DNA from: the human T2T-CHM13v2.0 reference genome, Homo sapiens
Length of the DNA stretch: 64,000 bases
Reading direction: 5' to 3' (one strand)
NCBI RefSeq assembly: GCF_009914755.1
Contig: NC_060936.1
Shown here: positions 43,539 to 57,180 of the stretch, piece after piece
How the letters are laid out: every line of letters begins with the position of its first letter
How positions within the stretch are numbered: position 1 is the stretch's first letter
The notes under the pieces: generated by a model
The model's database searches: none
What the model saw: the letters and a program-made list of their open reading frames with translations, nothing else
Told to the model about the DNA's origin: nothing
Translations under genes and position numbers: made by a program

Positions 43539-45962
43539 CCTCGTCTCCTATGCCTTGCTCTACTCCACCCCGTCCTCAACTCTGGATCTCAGTGGCCTTT
43601 CTCAAGTGCAACTCTGGTTGGACCACTCTCCGGTAGAGCAACTTTCCTACCTCCTTGTCAGGCCTAGGTCAAGTCCTGACGCCTTAGCCCCTTAACCAGG
43701 TGGGGCAGGTCCTGCCTTCCTCCTTCTCTGGCCTCTTTGCGGCCACCACCCCTGCACCCCTGCGGTGGGGTCACAGAAATCACATATGCTTCCCACACAC
43801 ACCCTGCTTTCTCGCCTCTGTGTCTGCATGTACTGTTCCCTCTGCCTGGCATGTCCCTTACCCATTGTGTGCCTGGCAGTCTTCTACTATCACTGAAGAC
43901 CCGGTTCAAGAGTTGCCTCTACCAGGAGTTCTGCTGTGCTCTGGGAGCCCTTATTCACGCCTCCATGATGGTATTGACTACAAAGCTGAGGGACATGTCT
44001 GTCTCTCCACAGATTCTCTGTATCCCCAGCAACTTGCACAGGGCCTGGCACACAGTAGGGGCTCAGTCAGTGGTGACTGAGGTGATGTGTATGGCTCTCA
44101 GACTCAGGGAAGACTCACTGGTAGGAAGAGAGAGGAGAGCTCCGTTGGTGGCCCATGGCATGGGAGGTCCAAGGCTGAGCATGGCCAAGCAGACGCCCTG
44201 TAGTGGCCTCTCCTGTAGTCTAGGTCTGCCTAGATGCCAAGCTGATGTTCTGGGGTCTGAGGCAATACTGCATAGGAGACCGCCTTGCCTGTCTACCTAG
44301 AGTCTTCCAGAGGCTCAAAAGGTCATAGACTTCAGACATCTGAGAGCTTTGGCTCTCAAAGGGGCTTGAGAGTTTTTATTAATAGTTTGTGGTCCTGAAT
44401 TTCAGTGGGTGAAGTTCAGCCCCCTCCTCCTTCTTGTCATCGTCTTAGTCCTCACCTACCCTGTCTCGGAGATGCAGCTTCCCATGAAGAGGAGCAGAAG
44501 CCAAGCAGGTTCTATTATTTTTGTGTGTGTCCTTGACACTTGAGGCTCGGGGGTCCTTATTCACTTCTAGCTCAAGTCTCAGGGATAGGGGCTGTGGGTA
44601 AGAAGGCAAGCTTGCCATGAACTCTGCTTCCCTCTTGATGCACACGCCCCTGCAGACTGCCACAAAGTAGCATATGTCCTTCTCTTAGTGTCTGCCCAGC
44701 CTCGGCCTGACTCTTGGCCTTCCTGGATCAGCTGCCTCTGGGGCTGGACATGGGTTTTTCTCTTAAATGCAACCACTCTACCTGAGATTCCTGGAAACTC
44801 TCCAGAATCAGAAGCCCTCACCTCTGATTATTTCTTCTGGTGTAACCTTTCCCGGCCCTCCTCTTCACCCTCAGTGTTTGATGCCCAAGTCTTGGCCCAT
44901 GGTTAGCACATCTCCCCATGTGACTACTGGGCCCATCGAGATGTTACCTGGGGTGGGGGTATACATGGGCACCAGAGGCCTGGGGAAGACCATGAATTCC
45001 TTGTGCCACCACATGCCCTGAACTTCTGCTGTCACTCGCTGACTTCCCTCCCTCTCTCAATCTCTGCCTGTCTCTGACACACACACTCGCACACACACTA
45101 AACAGGGATCAGGCTTGAGGCAGGAGGCCAGCTCCAGTGACGCAGGGAAAGGGCAGCAGGCAGGATTCTGCATGGGTTTTTATTTTGTTGCTCAAGATCT
45201 CCTGGAAAGATGTTTCCTAACCTCCCTCAAAGAAGCTGGCAAAGCCTGGGGCTATCAGGCCCGGGGCAGGGTTTCCAATTCACCTATTCCCAATTTCATT
45301 TGAAACAGCAAACACATTTGCCTTGGCATCACTCAAACCGTTCTTTCTGCAATGGAAGGCTGTTTTCCTCTCAAGTCTACTCTCCGCAATGACAATTAAT
45401 TAGCTTCTCTAAAGGTGCATGATGAAAAGCATGCCCTCGGGGAAAAGCGATGCTCTAGAGGCAACTGGGTTAACCACCAGTTCAAGAACAAAGTGTGTCC
45501 TTCTTCCTGTTACCAAACCAGAGTCCTGGAAACTCGCTTTTGTGCCGTCAGAGCAGCTGGACACAAATGCACTGGCGGTGGGCAGAGGTGTGGCTCTACC
45601 CACTTTCAAAGTCTGCACTCCACCCTGCAGCCTTTGGGCTGATGCACCTTCACCCTGGGGGCTTCACTGGGGTGGGCCTAGAAGGTCACATGTGCTCCCA
45701 GCCTTCTAGGTGCTGTGGGAGATCTCACGTTCCCTTCAGATTTTAGGTCCATGTCAGGGGCTCCCCAAAGTAGATCCCCTATATCCCCAGACCTGTCCCA
45801 ACTAGGAGCTCTTCTTTCACCAGTCCAGAAGAGCTGGTGAAACTTTCAGACTCTGAGGTGTTTCCCTGATTTGTCCATAAGTGTGAAATGGAGATGAGTG
45901 TGTCCATTAGGTTCCTCGGTGCAGTTTCCTAAACTCCCCAGCAACCTGCGGAGGCTCTCAGT

Positions 45963-45980
45963 GTGCTCCCTCTGGCGGCC
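45963..45980 (-). promoter_or_regulatory. Candidate CTCF site GGCCGCCAGAGGGAGCAC
   Basis: Near-consensus, next to a CpG-rich patch. Confidence 0.4.
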
Positions 45981-47326
45981 TCCTGGGAGAACGGAAGAAC
46001 GGGAGGAAGGGAGACAGGTGTGGAGAGAGATGGGTGAGCCCGGGCAGGTGGGCGCGTTTGACAGGCAGAGAGGAGGAGCTGACGCGCCAGCCTCCACGGT
46101 GCTGGCGTCACTGCCTCTCCTGCGGCACCACGCTGCGGAGCACTTAAAATACCCACGTCCTACAGGAAGAGGACAGATGAGGCTCTAAATTTAGCGACAG
46201 TGGGTAGGTGGAGGGGGAATGAAGACTCCGGGATGTGGTGGAGCTGGCGTTGTCAGAAAAGGAGTAGGAATCCTGTATTTCCTGGGTGGGGATTCTAATT
46301 CATAAGGATAAGGGAGCTTCTGTCCCAATATCCGATCTCAGCGACCTGACTCCAGTTTCAGAAGTTCTCACCCCAGCTCTGTGGCCCCTCTCCCACCTCC
46401 CCCATCGGACGTGGTCTCTTCCCTTCCACACTTAAAGGTTGGGATTGTGCTACCCTTTCTCCTTGGGTCGCAGTGTGGCTGGCTCTGGGGGAAGAGGGTG
46501 TTACCAGGGGGCAAAAGCAGCATTTAAGAAAACTTCTGATTTTTAGTTAGGTCACTGGAAGGAGAGTAGTTTTCCTTCCATGGCACTACAGAGAAGAAAG
46601 GTAAGTCCAAAGGCAAGAAGCAGTGAAGCGGGGCAAACACAGTTTCCAGACAACAACTGCGCAAAGCCCCAGGGTACCAGGCCCAAGGAGGATGCAGGCT
46701 GCTCGTGCCACTTGCCCCCTGAAAGTCTAGCCCCCTCCCAGACCATTGGACGACTTCCCCTCTTCCTCGGGGACGTATTCTTGCTATGCCATCTTTTTGG
46801 TTTGGGGAAATCCCAAAGCACAGAGGCCTCCTTTTGCTGGGTGCAATGGTCGTGGGGAGGGGTTTAAGAACGTGGACTTTGCTGTCAGTGCTGCCTGTGT
46901 TCAAATCCCAGGAACTTAGTGTTGAGTCTTGGTCTTCAGCTTCTCTAAGGGTTGGTTCATCACGTAAACGGGGAAATTACTTACTCAAGGGGTTGAATGA
47001 GGCTTAAATAAGATAACCTTTTCTGAATAACTCAGAGTTGACATGCTGTAAAGTGCATGCTACTTGTTAGCTATCGTTGTCATTAATTACTGGGAGGTAA
47101 ACAAAACCATCCTTAGTTCCAGTGATGCTGGGGTCTTTAAAAGCATAGGGTTTTAGGGATGGCAGAATTCCTCAAGCTTCTCCCATCTGAAGCCCAGACA
47201 GCATGTGGTTGTGATTTTGAACACATGCTTTGGAGCCAGACACACCTGGGTTTTTTCACGTTGGCAGCTCACAGAAGCTTACTGTGGCTAATGCCCATAG
47301 GAGTGTGACTATCATTGCCAGACTGT

Positions 47327-47858
<532 letters not shown>

Positions 47859-49307
47859 TGTTATTTATTATTTTTTAACAGATGGGGACTGTAGCAGACA
47901 GGAACTGAGCTGCTAGGGTCTTAGTAAGCAAGATCTCACAGAGTTTTGGATTCCAACTTCTGTGGCCAATTTTGAGCTGCATGAGCAAAGGTGATCTAGT
48001 GCTGCACGGAAGGCAAAGATAGAGGAGGATAGCTCACCATATAGAAAGTCTTTTGGACTCAGAAGGGGCAGAATCTCAAAAGATTCTCAAAAATAAAAGC
48101 TTTCTAGGTAAGCATTGGTGGATGGAATGATTTTTTGTTTTGTTGTGTTTTTCAGCCAGGTTTTCAGTCCGAGCTTCAAATCTAAAAAGAAGCTAAGTTG
48201 CTCTCCCAAGCATGTGTGTGTGAGCTTTGTGCAGGCCTAAGTGGGCCATGCCTGGTCTTATTGTCATTGGGAGCTGTACCATGAGATGAGACAGTAAAAT
48301 GTGGAGGTGTCTTGAGCTCAGATCATGAGGCTTGTCCACAAGCTCTGAGGAGTTACTTCCAACCATCTCAAGGTAGGTGTTGAATTGTAATCTTTATCAT
48401 CCTTTGGTTACCTATACAATCCTTGGCCATGAAGTTGAATTTTGGAGACCTAGACTGTGGCTTTACTCACTAAGTATATTATATTTTTTCCAATGTAGAT
48501 ATCAAAAGGAGGAAGAATCCCTTATTATATACCATTTTCTTGTTAGGATGTAGAGATAACTGAACTTACTGCAAACCCAAAGGCTCAAGAAGGCAATTAC
48601 AATGCCTATGTTTAAAACATTCTAAGAATCAGATTTGCTCAAGGAATCAAGGAAGAACTAGTTAAAGACAACAGCAGCAGCAACAACAAAACAACATAGA
48701 ATTTTGTCTTTCTTCTGGAACAGGTGCAGTGGAAATAAATAAAAACAAAAGAAAAAAAAAGGCTGATTAAGATGGGGGAAGAGGGAAATTTCATTGGGAG
48801 AAAGGCTTATGGTCTTTGAAGACAAGCTAGACAATGTTAAAGAAGTATGAGGACTTAGAGGCCAGGCCAGATGGGTATGTAAGTGAAAAGGTGTATGTGG
48901 GTCTGATGACCCTCAATTAGAGGATTAGACAAGGCCATTGACAGGGCTATAGAGTCTGGTGAGACAAGAAAAATGCAAAACAAAATGCAGAACTTATTAA
49001 GCGAGGAAAACTTGCTAAGGATCCAGGTATGGGTGCAGTACTGTTCCATCTACCTAAGATGGGAGAAGGCACAATGCAGAAGATGCCCTGCTGATGTGAG
49101 CTGTGAAACAGTCCAGCCAAAAGCCTGGCCTGTGGTCAGCAGAGGTAAATCTACCAGGAGAATGCTCATGAGGTCACTGGTGAGAATTACCTTGGCAGCA
49201 AGTAGCTCTCTTGTCCTGCTCTTCAATCTGACAAGTCACTGTTTTATAGCACTGTCTTAGTCAATTGGGCTGCTGTAACAGAATACCATAGCCTGGGTGG
49301 CTTAAAC

Positions 49308-49833
49308 CAGGGATCCCCAACCCCTGGATCACTGATTGGTACCAGTCCGTGGTCTGTTAGAAACTGCGCTGCCACAGAAGGAGGTGAGTGGTAGGCAAGC
49401 AAGTGAAGCTTCTTTTGTATTTATAGCTGCTCCCCATTGCTGGCATTACTGCCTAAGCTTTGCCTCCTGTCGGAGCAGTGGCAGCATTAGATTCTCATAG
49501 GAGCACAAACCCTGTCGTGAACTGTGCATGTGAGGGATCTAGGTTGTGTGCTCCTTGTGAGAATCTAATGCCTGATGACCTGTCAATGTCTCCCATCATC
49601 CCCAGATAGGATGTCTAGTTGTACGAAAACAAGTTCAGGGCTCCCAGTGATTCTACATTATGGTGAGTTGTACAATTATTTTACTATGTATTGCAGTGTA
49701 ATAATAATAGAAATAAAGTGCACAATAAATGTAATGTGCTTGAATCATTCTGAAACCATTCCACCCTCCAGTCTCTGGAAAAATTGTCCTCCATGAAACT
49801 GATCCCTGGTGCCAAAAAGGTTGGTGACCACTG
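49308..49833 (+). mobile_element. MER1A hAT-Charlie DNA transposon
   Basis: 526 bp, cagggatccccaacc...ggttggtgaccactg termini, 8-bp TSD gcttaaac/gcttaaaa. Confidence 0.85.
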
Positions 49834-50086
49834 GCTTAAAATACATACATTTATTCCTCACAATTCTGTTGGCTGGGAAGTTCAAGATCCAGGTGTCAGC
49901 AGATTTGGTTCCTGGTGAGGGCTCTCTTCCTAGTTGGTAGACATCTATCTTCTTGCACATGGTGGAGAGCAGAGAGAGTGAGGATGAGCACTCATATCTC
50001 TTTTTATAAGGAAAGACACTAATTGCATTAACGGGAGCTCTACCTTCATGACCTAATTACCTCCCAAAGGCTCCACCTTCTAATAT

Positions 50087-50147
50087 TATTGCAGTTTTTG
50101 CCATTTTTTAAAATGGCAAAACCACAGTTACTTTTGCACCAACCTAA
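50087..50147. mobile_element. MADE1 (Hsmar1 MITE), one end truncated
   Basis: gcagtttttgccatt...aatggcaaaaccacagttacttttgcaccaacctaa. Confidence 0.85.
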
Positions 50148-51234
50148 TGCCATCACGTTGGGGATTAGGATTTCAACATATAAATTTTTTAGGAGGAGGG
50201 GACACAAACATTCATTCCATAATAGGTACTAAGTTTTTGACCTAATAACCACAATCTTCCTGAGAAGGTCAAACTGCTTTGCTTAGTGGGGTAAATGACT
50301 CTACAACTCTGACAAGGTGTGAAACTTAGTATAGAGTCAGTGAGGTAAATTATAATATTGTGAAGTCAAGTTTAAGATAAATTTAAAAATCTGTATGAAT
50401 TTAAGTTAAACCTGAATTTAAATTGTGTTTTCAACTTGAAATATGTGATTTTAGACTGATGAGTTTCAGTTGAAAGGTATAAGATGCTGCTTAAGCTTAT
50501 AAGCAGTATTAGAACATTTAGGACACATCAAACATCTGAACATGGCAAATCAAGTAATTAGATTTACAAGAGTTGCTTAAGTGGTGAGAAAGATTTTGCA
50601 TATAAGGATTCTAAGTCTACCTTGTCAGGCAATGAAAAGCATGAGGAAAAAAAACTCAATATATTAAGCATGTGAATATGGTTTATATCAGTTATGAAAA
50701 ATGTGCTAACTTTGTAAATAGGACTCATTGCTAAGAAAATGTAAATCTGTTTGAGTTAAACATCAATCAAAGAACAAGTGGAAGTGATTTTTTCAAAAAC
50801 AACACAGTACATTTATAGACAGAATTTCAAGATTTGTAATTTGAATTTAAAGGCTTATGCAAAATCAGATTTTATAATTATAATTTTAATAAACATTGAT
50901 TAAAAACCCAGATACCTGGAAATAGTCTTTCTCACACACATTAGACATTTAAAATATTCACAGTGATGGTTGTGTGTGTGTGTGTGTGAAACTTGTATCA
51001 GTAATTAGATCAGAAAGAATGATGCACTCCAAAGAAATCTAAGAGATGGAGAAGAGATGGCCCAAAAAGGACTGGAGACACAAATTTGAGAAGCTTAAAA
51101 AAAAAAACACAACTGGTTATAGTATTGAAAGCAAAATTTCCCATAATTTAGCAAACCAGTACCTCAAGAAAGTTTGATTTTAACATGTAGACCATTTTTT
51201 AGAAGTCTATTTTATTTATTTTTAATTTTTAATT

Positions 51235-51494
51235 TTTTTTTGAGACAGAGGAGTCTCCCTCTGTCACCCAGGTAGCAGTGCAGTGGCGTGATCTCATCAG
51301 CTCACTGCAACCTCTGCCTCTGGGGTTCACGTGATTCTCCTGCCTCAGCCACACAAGTAGCTGGGATTACAGGTGCCTGCCACCATGTCCAGCTAATTTT
51401 TGTATTTTTAGTAGAGATGGGTTTTCACCATGTTGGCCAGGCTAGTCTTTAACCCCTGACCTCAGGTGATCCACCCACCTTGGCCTCCCAAAGT
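51235..51494 (-). mobile_element. Alu (5'-truncated)
   Basis: Reverse Alu. Confidence 0.9.
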
Positions 51495-52349
51495 AGAAAG
51501 TCTATTTTAAACAATTTTAATTACAGCTAGCTTAATCATACACAGAATTCCTTTCATAAATTCCCCTTCATGAACCTTATCATGACTTACAAAGACCATT
51601 TACAACATGCTTGGACTTTTTGACTTGTCTTTACTATCTCTTTCTTAAATAACCAGCCATTTTATTTTCAGTTCTTAAATGTGTGTTTTGCCTGCAGTGC
51701 TTTTTGCTTTGACTTTTTGTTAACTGTATTTGGGCAATTGTTTAAAGCAGGTCACTTGGTTGTGAGAGCCCTCCCATTGTGTTGACTCTGGGACGCTGGA
51801 GTCATATTGTTCTGTGGCTCCCACCAGGCCTTTGGGATTCACTGTTGGCTTTTCCCTAGATGCTCTGAAGTTATTGGCATTGGTTAGCTCCCAGGTACTC
51901 TGGAATTTCTGGCATTTGGTGTAGGGACCCTCACTGGCTGATACTCTGGTACTCTGGATTTTTGGCATTTGGTTTTGTTGGCCACACTCTGAATGCTCTA
52001 GGGCTTTCAGCATTGGTGTTCCCTCTAGGATTGTGGGTTGAAGGCACACCCTAGGGGGAATCTTGGTCTTGCCTTTTCTTGTTTCCTGACCTAAAGTTAT
52101 CATTTTCCATAACAGCATTTTCTTTTCTTATTGTCACTTTATTTGCACTTTTCCTTTTACATTTTGCTTTAAAAAATACTCCTTTTGTCATAGTTCATTC
52201 ACTGGCAAATCCTTATAACCCACTTTCATAACGCCTTGCTACTTATACTTACACCTTCTCAGCAGGAAGTGAGAATCTAAAAGGAAAACATAGTAAAAGC
52301 CCAGTTCCTTTCCCTTTCACTAGACTTAGAAAAACTATGTCCGGTAGAA

Positions 52350-53600
52350 ACATGGGACATGGGACAATGACAGGTATCCCAGAGGACTTGCCACTTGGGT
52401 TGTCTTTTAGGCTATTAGAGCAAATTCAAATTTGGCCTCAAGAAAAAGCAACTCATATTCTATTGCAATACCACTTGGTTTCAATACAAATTAGAAAACC
52501 AATAGATTTGGCCTAAACATGGTTCTATATGTTATAATAATATTTTACGATTAGACTCATTCTGTAAAGAAGAACGGAAATGAGAGGAGATCCCTTGTGT
52601 ACAGGCTTTTATGGTCCTTTATTGGCTCATGTTACTTCTAAGTAACAGGAAGCTGTGCCTAAGGGATCCCCTCCTAGCTGCTCCCCCTAGAAGGCCTATG
52701 GCCTCCCTGGAGTCTCCTCAGTCCCCCAGTTCTGAGGGGGGTCCTGCCAGTTCTCTAATGAAGAATTCCACCCAAGGTCATTGGGCACCCCTTCCTCTTA
52801 TCCAGCTACCCCAGCCTATACACCCTGCTGCCTGAGAAAGTACCAACCAGTACCACCAGGAGTAGGGCTCCATATCAGCTCCAAAAATCAAACCTGTGTC
52901 CATTGAGGGAGGTGCCTGATAGAAATGAGGAAACAGAGTACATGTGCCATTTTCTATGTGTGATTTAGTTTTATACAAGGAAAAATTTGGCCAGAGAATC
53001 CAGAAAAATTTATAAAAGAATTTGTTAAATAGACTATGTTTTTTAATTTAACACATCATGTCTTGCAAGTATTGTCATCTGCTTGCTGTGCTGTGGAAAA
53101 AAAGCAGAAGAAAAGGTGTGTGGTTAAGCCAGTGAATTATGACAAGGTGAGAGAAATAACTCAAAGACAAAATTCCCACTGTTTCAAGGTCATTTGTTTG
53201 AGACACTCAGGAAATATACCAATGCAGACCCAGACTCCTCAGAAGGGCAAGCTCTCCTGAGTATACATTTTACTACTCAATCTGCCCCTGACATTAGGAG
53301 GAAGCTACAAAAAGCAGCAATGGGACTTTAAACCTCCAAAGTCAACATTTAAACATGGCCTATAAAGTTTACAACAATAGGGCCAGGGCAAAAGAGGTGA
53401 AAAAAACAACAAAAAATAGCCCAAAAGTTCAATTGTTAACAGTTACTTTAAGCCCCCTGCCACCTCAAAGTTGCCCATCCCAAGAAAGTGTCACAAGATC
53501 AGCATCTGGGATGCCCAGACAAGAGCCCATATGTGTCTACCATAAGCAAAAGGGCCACTGGCAATGAGAATGTCCTAACTGTCCCTGGTGAGATAGGGAA
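52350..53600 (+). pseudogene. Degenerate class-I (gamma-like) ERV gag
   Basis: MA-like LKKKQLIFYCNTTW..WPKHGS..ILRLDSFC..EIPCVQAF; CA C-terminal FTTQSAPDIRRKLQK; decayed zinc knuckle CVYHKQKGHWQ*ECP; stops and frameshifts. Confidence 0.85.
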
Positions 53601-54250
53601 AAAACTCCCTGTCAATACAGAGCTAACCTTCCATTAGCTACACTTAGTTGTCTTGCTCAAATAAGTTTACTGGGGGTCTTAGACCCTGACTCAATGGACA
53701 GTTTCCCACAGTGGTAGACAAGTGGCTGGCTGAACATTTTTCTTCAATATCTCCACTGCTGTATGAGCTCTCTGGCAGCCTGGGTACTCCAAGGTCTTTC
53801 CTTGAGCAATGCAGTTTGCCTTCTCCCTTCCTTATTTATTGCTATGGGATTTCCTTCCCTGCCTTTTCCTGTCTTCCATATCTACTGGGGCAAAAAAAAT
53901 TTTGGCCTAATAGATGGTCCCAATTTTGTAAATAATTTGAATCCAGCTGTCTTATATAGGTCACTTCATTCATATAATATGTGTTGTGTCTAGCATGCTA
54001 TCAAATTGCCTTATAAAAGAATGCTCATAAATTAAACAGATTAGATGATTGTAAACTTACTAGTTTTTAAAAAAATGTTGTATCTTCTACAATTTAACTT
54101 TAAGATTTTTACCTAAATAAACTATTAATATTCATAGGCTTAAAAATGATTACAATAGCTTTAAGTGGTGACTAGCTTTGTGTGGTTATTTTGGTTCTTG
54201 GTGGTAGTCTAGATAAAACTATTAAAAGTGAAATCTTAAATACGTCTAAA

Positions 54251-54765
54251 TGCTGAGACCAGCTCAGTTGGGGAGACCCTAACCCAGCGGCGCTAGAGAA
54301 ATTAAAGACACACACACACAGAAATATAGAGATGTGAAGTGGGAAATGAGGGGTTTCACAGCCTTCAGAGCTGAGAGCCTCGAACAGAGATTTACTCATG
54401 TATTTATTAACAGCAAGCCAGTCATTAGCATTGTTCCTATAGATATTAGATTAACTAAAAGTATCCCTTATGGGAAACGAAGGGATGGGCTGAAATAAAG
54501 GGATGAGTTGGGCTAGTTATCTGCAGCAGGAGCATGTCCTTAAGGCACAGATCGCTCATGCTATTGTTTGTGGTGTAAGAATGCCTTTAAGCAGTTTTCC
54601 GCCCTAGGCAGGCCAGGTGTTCCTTGCCCTCATTCTGGTAAACCCACAACCTTCCAGCATGGGTGTTATGGCCATCATGAATATGTCACAGTGCTGCAGA
54701 GATTTTGTTTATGGCCAGTTTTGGGGCCAGTTTATGGCCAGATTTTGGGGGGCCTGTTCCCAACA
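54251..54765 (-). mobile_element. MER9 (HERV-K HML-3) solo LTR
   Basis: Minus strand begins TGTTGGGAACAGGCCCCCCAAAATCTGGCCATAAAC and ends ...CA; perfect 6-bp TSD TCTAAA. Confidence 0.88.
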
Positions 54766-55399
54766 TCTAAATATAATAGATACTTAAACAGTGAACTTTT
54801 TGTGTGGTTTAAAATCTTGAAATTGTGCAATGGTTCTCATCTATAAAATGTCAGTGTTTCATGGGCAGTGCAGGATTTCTTACATCCTTGGTTTATATAA
54901 AATATGACAAAAATTATATTCTTTATTGGGGAATAATAATAATAGTTTTTGTTTAATTTAAAAATTATTGAGAGGTTCAAAATATGAGGGAGCCAGTAAG
55001 TTAAAAAAATTATATAAAAAATTACAGATTAAAAGATTTTTGGCAAGTAAAAATATAAAGAATAATTTTGTATGAAGAGGGATCTTGTAAATTCTTGTCC
55101 TAAAATAAAATGACTCGTTATGTAAGAAAGAGATAGTATAAGACAAGTCAAAAAGTCCAAGCATATTGTATGGTCTGTGTAAGTCATGATAAGGTTTATG
55201 AAGGGGATTTATGTATGGAATTCTGGGTATAATTTAACTAGTTGTAATTAAAACAAAATCATTTAAAATAGACTTTCTGAAAAATGGTCTACATGCTAAA
55301 ACCAAATTTTCATAAGATATTAATTTGCTAAATTATGGGAAATTTTACTTTTAATATTATAACATGGGGGCAGTACATCCAACTCAAATTCCAGAATTT

Positions 55400-55557
55400 C
55401 TTTTTTTTTTTCTTTGAGACAAGGTCTCACTCTGCAGCCTAGGCTGGAGTGCAGTGGCACGATCATAGCTCACTGCAGCCTTGACCTTTTGGGCTCAAGT
55501 GATCCCCCCTCAGCCTCCTGAGTAGCTGAATCTATGGGTATGCACCATCACACCTGG
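55400..55557 (-). mobile_element. Alu right monomer
   Basis: Partial Alu. Confidence 0.85.
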
Positions 55558-56229
55558 GGCATGGGTGTACAACTTGGCTTTTTCTCCCAGGAGGCTTAGC
55601 TATGGGCAAAAACTATAGACTCATTAAATGAACTCCGAGGCTACTCTGTATCCAAGGCTGACATTCTACTCAGTAGTTTATTCCTATCCCACACATGCCC
55701 AGCCTCATTTGTCTCACTACCCAAAATCCTCACCAGATGATTTGCTGTAAGATCATACAAGAGGATAACAACACTCCCATTATACAATGGCAGACATAAA
55801 GAACTTAAAAGTGCTTAAAACCCATTCCCTTTGGCAAAAGGACTAGTTGGCAAGCACTGAATAATAGTTAACTGCAAAACTAAGAGTAAAACAAAAGTGG
55901 GAATAGGAATGACAAGAGAATAATACAACAAACAAAATGGGAGGAAAAAGGAGAACAGCAGAAAAATCTCACTGATTCATTTTATGTAATAGCTACAAGT
56001 GAAAGGATATCATGTAAAGCTGACAAATCAAGTAGCAAAGAGTTGAGCATCTTCAAAAGTATAAAGGGTAAACATTAAGGAAGATTGTATGACTAAAGCT
56101 GAACAGGGGAAGGAAGGGAGGAGATGGAGGAAGAAAAGTTATAAGCTAGTCTTTTTTTGTTCATAGAAAGTAGCAATAGGATTGTCTAAAGAAAAAGGGA
56201 ACTAAGTGTGTTAAAGGTAACCACTAGAA

Positions 56230-57180
56230 CAATATTCCATTGTATGGATGTACCACAGTTGTTTATCCATTCACCTATTGAAGGACATTTTGGTTTTTCT
56301 TAAGTTTTGGCAGTGATATAGCAGTGGATAAAGCTGCTATAAACACTCATGTGCATGGTTTTGTATGGACAGGTTTCAACTCTGGTTAAATGCCAAGGAT
56401 TGCTGGACTGTATGGTAAGAGTATGTATGTTTTGTTTTGTAGGAAACTGTTAAGACTATCTTTTCAAGTGGTCACACCATTTAGCATTCCCTCCAACAAT
56501 GAAAGAGAGTTTCTGTTGCTCCACATCCTCACCAGCATTTGGTGTTGTCTGTGTTTTGAATTTTAGCTGTTCTAATATGTATGTAGTGGTGTTTCATTGT
56601 TGTTTTAACTTGTGATTCTCTAATGACATGATATTTAACATCTTTTCATATATTTATTTGTCATCAGTATATCTTCTTTAATGCAGTGTCTCTTCAGGTC
56701 TTTTGCCAATTTTAAAATTGACTTGTTATTGTTGAGTTTAAAAAAATATTTTGGATAACAAGCCTTTATCATCTTGTTTTAGTGTGGAACATTTGTTACA
56801 ATTGATAAACCTACACTGACCCATCATGATTACTGAAATTCCATAATTTTCACTGGGCTTCACTCTTTGTGTTGTACATTCTGTGGGTTTGGACAAATGT
56901 GTAATGATATATATAATGACATGTATCTACTAGTACAGTATTACACAGGATAATTTCACCGCCCTAAAAACGCTCTGTGCTCCATATACTCATCCACACC
57001 CCTCCCTCCCCTTGAGCCCCTGGCAACCCCTGAACTTTTGACTGTCTCCATAGTTTTGCCTTTTTCAGAATGTCATATAGCTGAAATAATACATTATGTA
57101 GCCTTTTTAAATTGGCTTCTTTCACTTATCAATATGTATTTTAATTTTCTTCCATTTATTTTCATGACTTGATGGCTGGC
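56230..57180 (-). mobile_element. Old L1 (L1M) 3' fragments
   Basis: tattccattgtatggatgtaccacag, ctccacatcctcaccagcatttggtgttg. Confidence 0.8.

Larger units (their letters stand above)
49254..50222 (-). mobile_element. MaLR LTR (MLT1/MST-type) carrying MER1A and MADE1 insertions
   Basis: tgtcttagtc...gctgctgtaacagaataccata; gctgggaagttcaagatc; gggacacaaacattc. Confidence 0.75.

Noticed and set aside
43055-43667. Repetitive ORFs (SHLPPTCLPP / GGRWEAGGRQV)
   Set aside because: Translations of the 11-bp minisatellite
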